64,000 bases of DNA, taken from contig JAGWBS010000014.1 of assembly GCA_021295775.1 (NCBI GenBank), forward strand, positions 10,199 to 74,198. The letters run 5' to 3'. The translations under genes were made by a program, and so were the position numbers. This document shows, in pieces, positions 61,439 through 64,000 of the stretch. The notes below the pieces were generated by a model. That model saw only the letters and a program-made list of their open reading frames with translations, was not told the origin of the DNA and searched no databases. Origin of the DNA: Pseudomonadota bacterium (GTDB lineage: Bacteria > Myxococcota_A > UBA9160 > SZUA-336). Each line of letters begins with the position of its first letter. Position 1 is the stretch's first letter.

Positions 61439-62188
61439 TCAGTGCGGACGGGGTTCGTCGTCGTCCTCGTTGCGCCGCTCCCACTCTTCGCGCCGCACCG
61501 CGCGCAGCCGGTTGCGCATGCGCCAGCGGTGCCAGCGGTGCCGCAGCGACCCGAACGAGAGATAGCGGCTCAGTTCGCCGCGCATCAGCCAGCCGGCCAC
61601 GATCACGCCGCCCAGGTGGCCGACGTGGCTGATGTTGCCGCCCCCGAAGAGCAGCGACATCAGGAAAAGGAAGGGAATGAACCAGATGGCCTTGATCGGG
61701 ATCGGCGGAAACAGCAGCACGATGGTCCGGTCGGGCCAGGTCAACCCGAACGCCATCAACAGCCCGTAGATCGCTCCCGAGGCGCCCAAGGTCGGATACG
61801 GCACGCCCATCAGCGAGTTCCAGAGCACGATGATCACGCCCGCGCCGACCCCGCAGGTCAGGTAGAAACGCAGAAAGCGCCTCGATCCCCAGACGCTCTC
61901 GAGCGGGCCGCCGAACATCCACAGCGCGAACATGTTGAACAGCAGGTGGAAGGCCGAGCTCGGCGCGTGCAGCCACATGTAAGTGAAGGGCTGCCAGAAG
62001 AAGCCGCTGAAGAACGCGTCCACGCTGACCGCGAAGTACGCGACGAACGTGTACCCCCCGAAGAAGAGCTGGAACAGGTAGACCGCGACGTTGGCGATCA
62101 GCAGCCGCTTGACCATCGGCGTCAGCGAACTGCCGCCGATGCCGCTCGAGCGGAAGCGGTACTGCTGGTAGCGATTGCGGTCGCTCAT
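61439..62188 (-). CDS. rhomboid family intramembrane serine protease
   Basis: 249 aa. Catalytic 'GASGAIYGL' (GxSG) and 'HLGGVIVG' His. Six TM helices. Basic cytoplasmic C-terminal tail. Confidence 0.85.
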   Translation of the reverse strand: MSDRNRYQQYRFRSSGIGGSSLTPMVKRLLIANVAVYLFQLFFGGYTFVAYFAVSVDAFFSGFFWQPFTYMWLHAPSSAFHLLFNMFALWMFGGPLESVWGSRRFLRFYLTCGVGAGVIIVLWNSLMGVPYPTLGASGAIYGLLMAFGLTWPDRTIVLLFPPIPIKAIWFIPFLFLMSLLFGGGNISHVGHLGGVIVAGWLMRGELSRYLSFGSLRHRWHRWRMRNRLRAVRREEWERRNEDDDEPRPH

Positions 62189-62334
62189 CGAGAGTTACAG
62201 GCTAGGCCAAAAGCGGGAGGCGCGCCGCACGCCCCGCGGACGCGGAGCCGGTCCCGATCCGACTGGTTCGGGGGCCCGCCAGACCGTCGCGGGGAGATGT
62301 CGCGGCGGGGCGCGGAGGAGTAGCATCCCGGCCG

Positions 62335-63816
62335 ATGTCCGATCCGCGCGACCGCTACGAGGAATTCCGCTCCGCCCGGGCGCGCGATTTTCTGGCCTGG
62401 TGCGGCGGCCGGAAGCCGCGCGCCGATCTCGAGCGCCTGTACGCCGAGTACGGCGATGTGACCTCGGGCGAGCGCCTCGACGAGCTGGAGCGCGAATTCG
62501 GATCGGCGGCCTTCGCCGACGCGCGCGAGCGCTGGCGGCGGCTGTGGCGGGAGCACCAGCGGCTGCGGGCGGACGCGCGCACGCTCGGCGTCGCCGGCGA
62601 TCTGGCGGCCCGCGAAGGCGGCCAGCAGGTACGTGTGGGCGGCGAGCTTCGCGGCGCGCCAAGGCTGGAGTGGCTGGGCTGGCGCGAGGCGGACCGGGAC
62701 ACGCGGGCCGAGATCCAGCGCGGCCTGGAGCGCGGCGCGACGGAACTCGAAGACCTGCGCGCGGAGCTGCGCGGGCGGCGCGCCGGGGAGCTGGCCGAGA
62801 TGGGCTTCGACCCGCCTCGCGCCTGGGACGAAGCATTGCGGCCGGACGTGGACCTGGCCGCGCTCGAGGCCGCCGCGGAAAGCCTGCTGGCCGCGACGGA
62901 GCCCGCCTACCGCGACGCTCTGGCCGCCGGGCTGGCGGCGGTCCGCGTCCCCGCGGACGCGGCGCTGCCGATCGACCTGCAGCGCGCCTGCGCTCTGCCG
63001 GCCTGGCAGCCGGCCTTCCCCTCGGGGCGCATCGCGGACGCGCTGGACTCGATCGCCGCGGGCCTCGGCTGCCGCCCGGGCGACCGGGCGGGCCTGCACT
63101 TCGACACCGAGGACCGGCCCGCCAAGCCGCCCGGCGCGCGCTGCATCGAGTGCGAGCTGCCCGGAGAGATCCACGTGGTCGCGCTCCCGCGCGGGGGCTT
63201 CTCCGACTACCGCGTGCTTTTCGACCGGACGGGCACGGCGCTGGCGCTGAGCTTCGCCTCGCCGTCGCTGCCGGTCGAACAGCGGCGGCTGGGCGACCCC
63301 GCCCTGCGCGTCGCCTGGGGAGAGCTCTTCGCCGGCCGGCTGTTCGACCCCGAGTGGATCGAGCGCGGACCGCTGGCGCAGCGCGCGGCCGGCTTCGAGC
63401 GCGACGCCCGCCTGCCGCGGCTCGCCCGGCTGCGCTTCGCCGCGCTGCGGGCGATTGCCGAGTGTGCGCTCGGCCGCCTGCCGGCTTCGGCCGACGTCGG
63501 CCCGGCCGCGGGCGCCTTCGCCGGACGCCTGGGCGACGGGCTCGGGTGCGACTGGAGCGGCGCGGGCCTGAAGCTCCTGTCGACCGAAGGTCCCGGCGCG
63601 CTCGACGAGCTGCGCGGCCTGTGCCTGGCCGGCCAGTTGGCCGAGAAGCTGCGCGAACGCCACGGCCGCCGCTTCTGGGAGTCGCCCCGCGCCGGAGACC
63701 TGCTCAAGGAGATCTGGAACACCGGCACCCACTACAGCGCCGCCGAGTGGGCCGACCAACTCGAGCTGGGACCGCTGGAACTGGACTTCCTGGCCCGCGA
63801 AGCCCTGCCGGGCTGA
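62335..63816 (+). CDS. hypothetical protein (493 aa), function unknown
   Basis: ATG preceded by GGAGGAG. Composition is not shadow-like (W, E, D, L, F present throughout; e.g. 'MSDPRDRYEEFRSARARDFLAWCGG', 'HVVALPRGGFSDYRVLFDRTG'). No family recognised by eye. Confidence 0.5.
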   Translation: MSDPRDRYEEFRSARARDFLAWCGGRKPRADLERLYAEYGDVTSGERLDELEREFGSAAFADARERWRRLWREHQRLRADARTLGVAGDLAAREGGQQVRVGGELRGAPRLEWLGWREADRDTRAEIQRGLERGATELEDLRAELRGRRAGELAEMGFDPPRAWDEALRPDVDLAALEAAAESLLAATEPAYRDALAAGLAAVRVPADAALPIDLQRACALPAWQPAFPSGRIADALDSIAAGLGCRPGDRAGLHFDTEDRPAKPPGARCIECELPGEIHVVALPRGGFSDYRVLFDRTGTALALSFASPSLPVEQRRLGDPALRVAWGELFAGRLFDPEWIERGPLAQRAAGFERDARLPRLARLRFAALRAIAECALGRLPASADVGPAAGAFAGRLGDGLGCDWSGAGLKLLSTEGPGALDELRGLCLAGQLAEKLRERHGRRFWESPRAGDLLKEIWNTGTHYSAAEWADQLELGPLELDFLAREALPG

Positions 63817-63838
63817 CGCGTACAATGCGCCCGTGACC

Positions 63839-64000
63839 CGACCGCAACGCACGGAGAGTGTCCCGGTCACCCCCGAGGACATCGAGCTGGAAGGCGTGTG
63901 GCTTTCCGGCCCCGCGCGGCCGGCCGTGGTGGCCCCGCCGCATCCCGTCTACGGCGGCCACCTCGACCATCCGGTGTGCGTGGAGCTGGCTGGCGGCCTG
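63839..64000 (+). CDS. alpha/beta-superfamily hydrolase (COG2945-like), N-terminal fragment; runs off the window end
   Basis: GTG 63839. 'ESVPVTPEDIELEGVWLSGPARPAVVAPPHPVYGGHLDHPVCVELAGGL' resembles the 'HPHPxxGG(T/H)MxN' hydrolase family N-terminus. Confidence 0.4.

Noticed and set aside
1-64000. CRISPR arrays, IS elements, integrases, rRNA/tRNA genes
   Set aside because: No direct-repeat/spacer periodicity, transposase or integrase motifs, or tRNA cloverleaf candidates were found on reading through. Nothing to report.

Overview
Very high-GC (~70%) bacterial chromosomal segment. Two TonB-dependent receptors and several lipoproteins point to a Gram-negative organism, probably a metagenome-type genome. 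About 65 genes are supportable after discarding the many long G/R/A/P-rich shadow ORFs that the GC bias creates in other frames. Housekeeping content: purC 3' end, ogt, a PLP Cys/Met-family enzyme, PHP phosphoesterase, nucleoside hydrolase, serS-selB, nadA, ridA, greA, trxB, and the conserved rplU-rpmA-obgE-proB-proA-nadD-rsfS-comF cluster. Accessory content: a ~14 kb minus-strand catabolic block (GH3, PhyH dioxygenase, tandem-fused family III CoA-transferase, enoyl-CoA hydratase, MFS, MBL hydrolase, TonB receptor, LLM monooxygenase, Eis-like GNAT, SnoaL). A second tandem-fused CoA-transferase sits next to a CitE-like lyase, an amidohydrolase and a class II aldolase. Also present: GH35 beta-galactosidase, several SDRs (one frameshifted), and a PAS-HisKA-REC protein with no ATPase domain. 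Two main discoveries. (1) At 5.3-12.9 kb, an operon encoding homologues of only the seven membrane-arm subunits of complex I (NuoA-H-J-K-L-M-N). No B/C/D/E/F/G/I genes lie in or around it, and NuoH, NuoA and NuoL have diverged at key motifs. This is a candidate stand-alone ion-translocating or novel redox-coupled membrane module. (2) An unannotated SelW/Rdx-like selenoprotein gene (CxxU, in-frame UGA) with a candidate SECIS hairpin, hidden between selB and an OsmC/Ohr gene. Other points: a small tandem-repeat protein behind an AT-rich promoter island, TonB receptors with non-canonical C-terminal extensions, and a type II (Fumble-like) pantothenate kinase.
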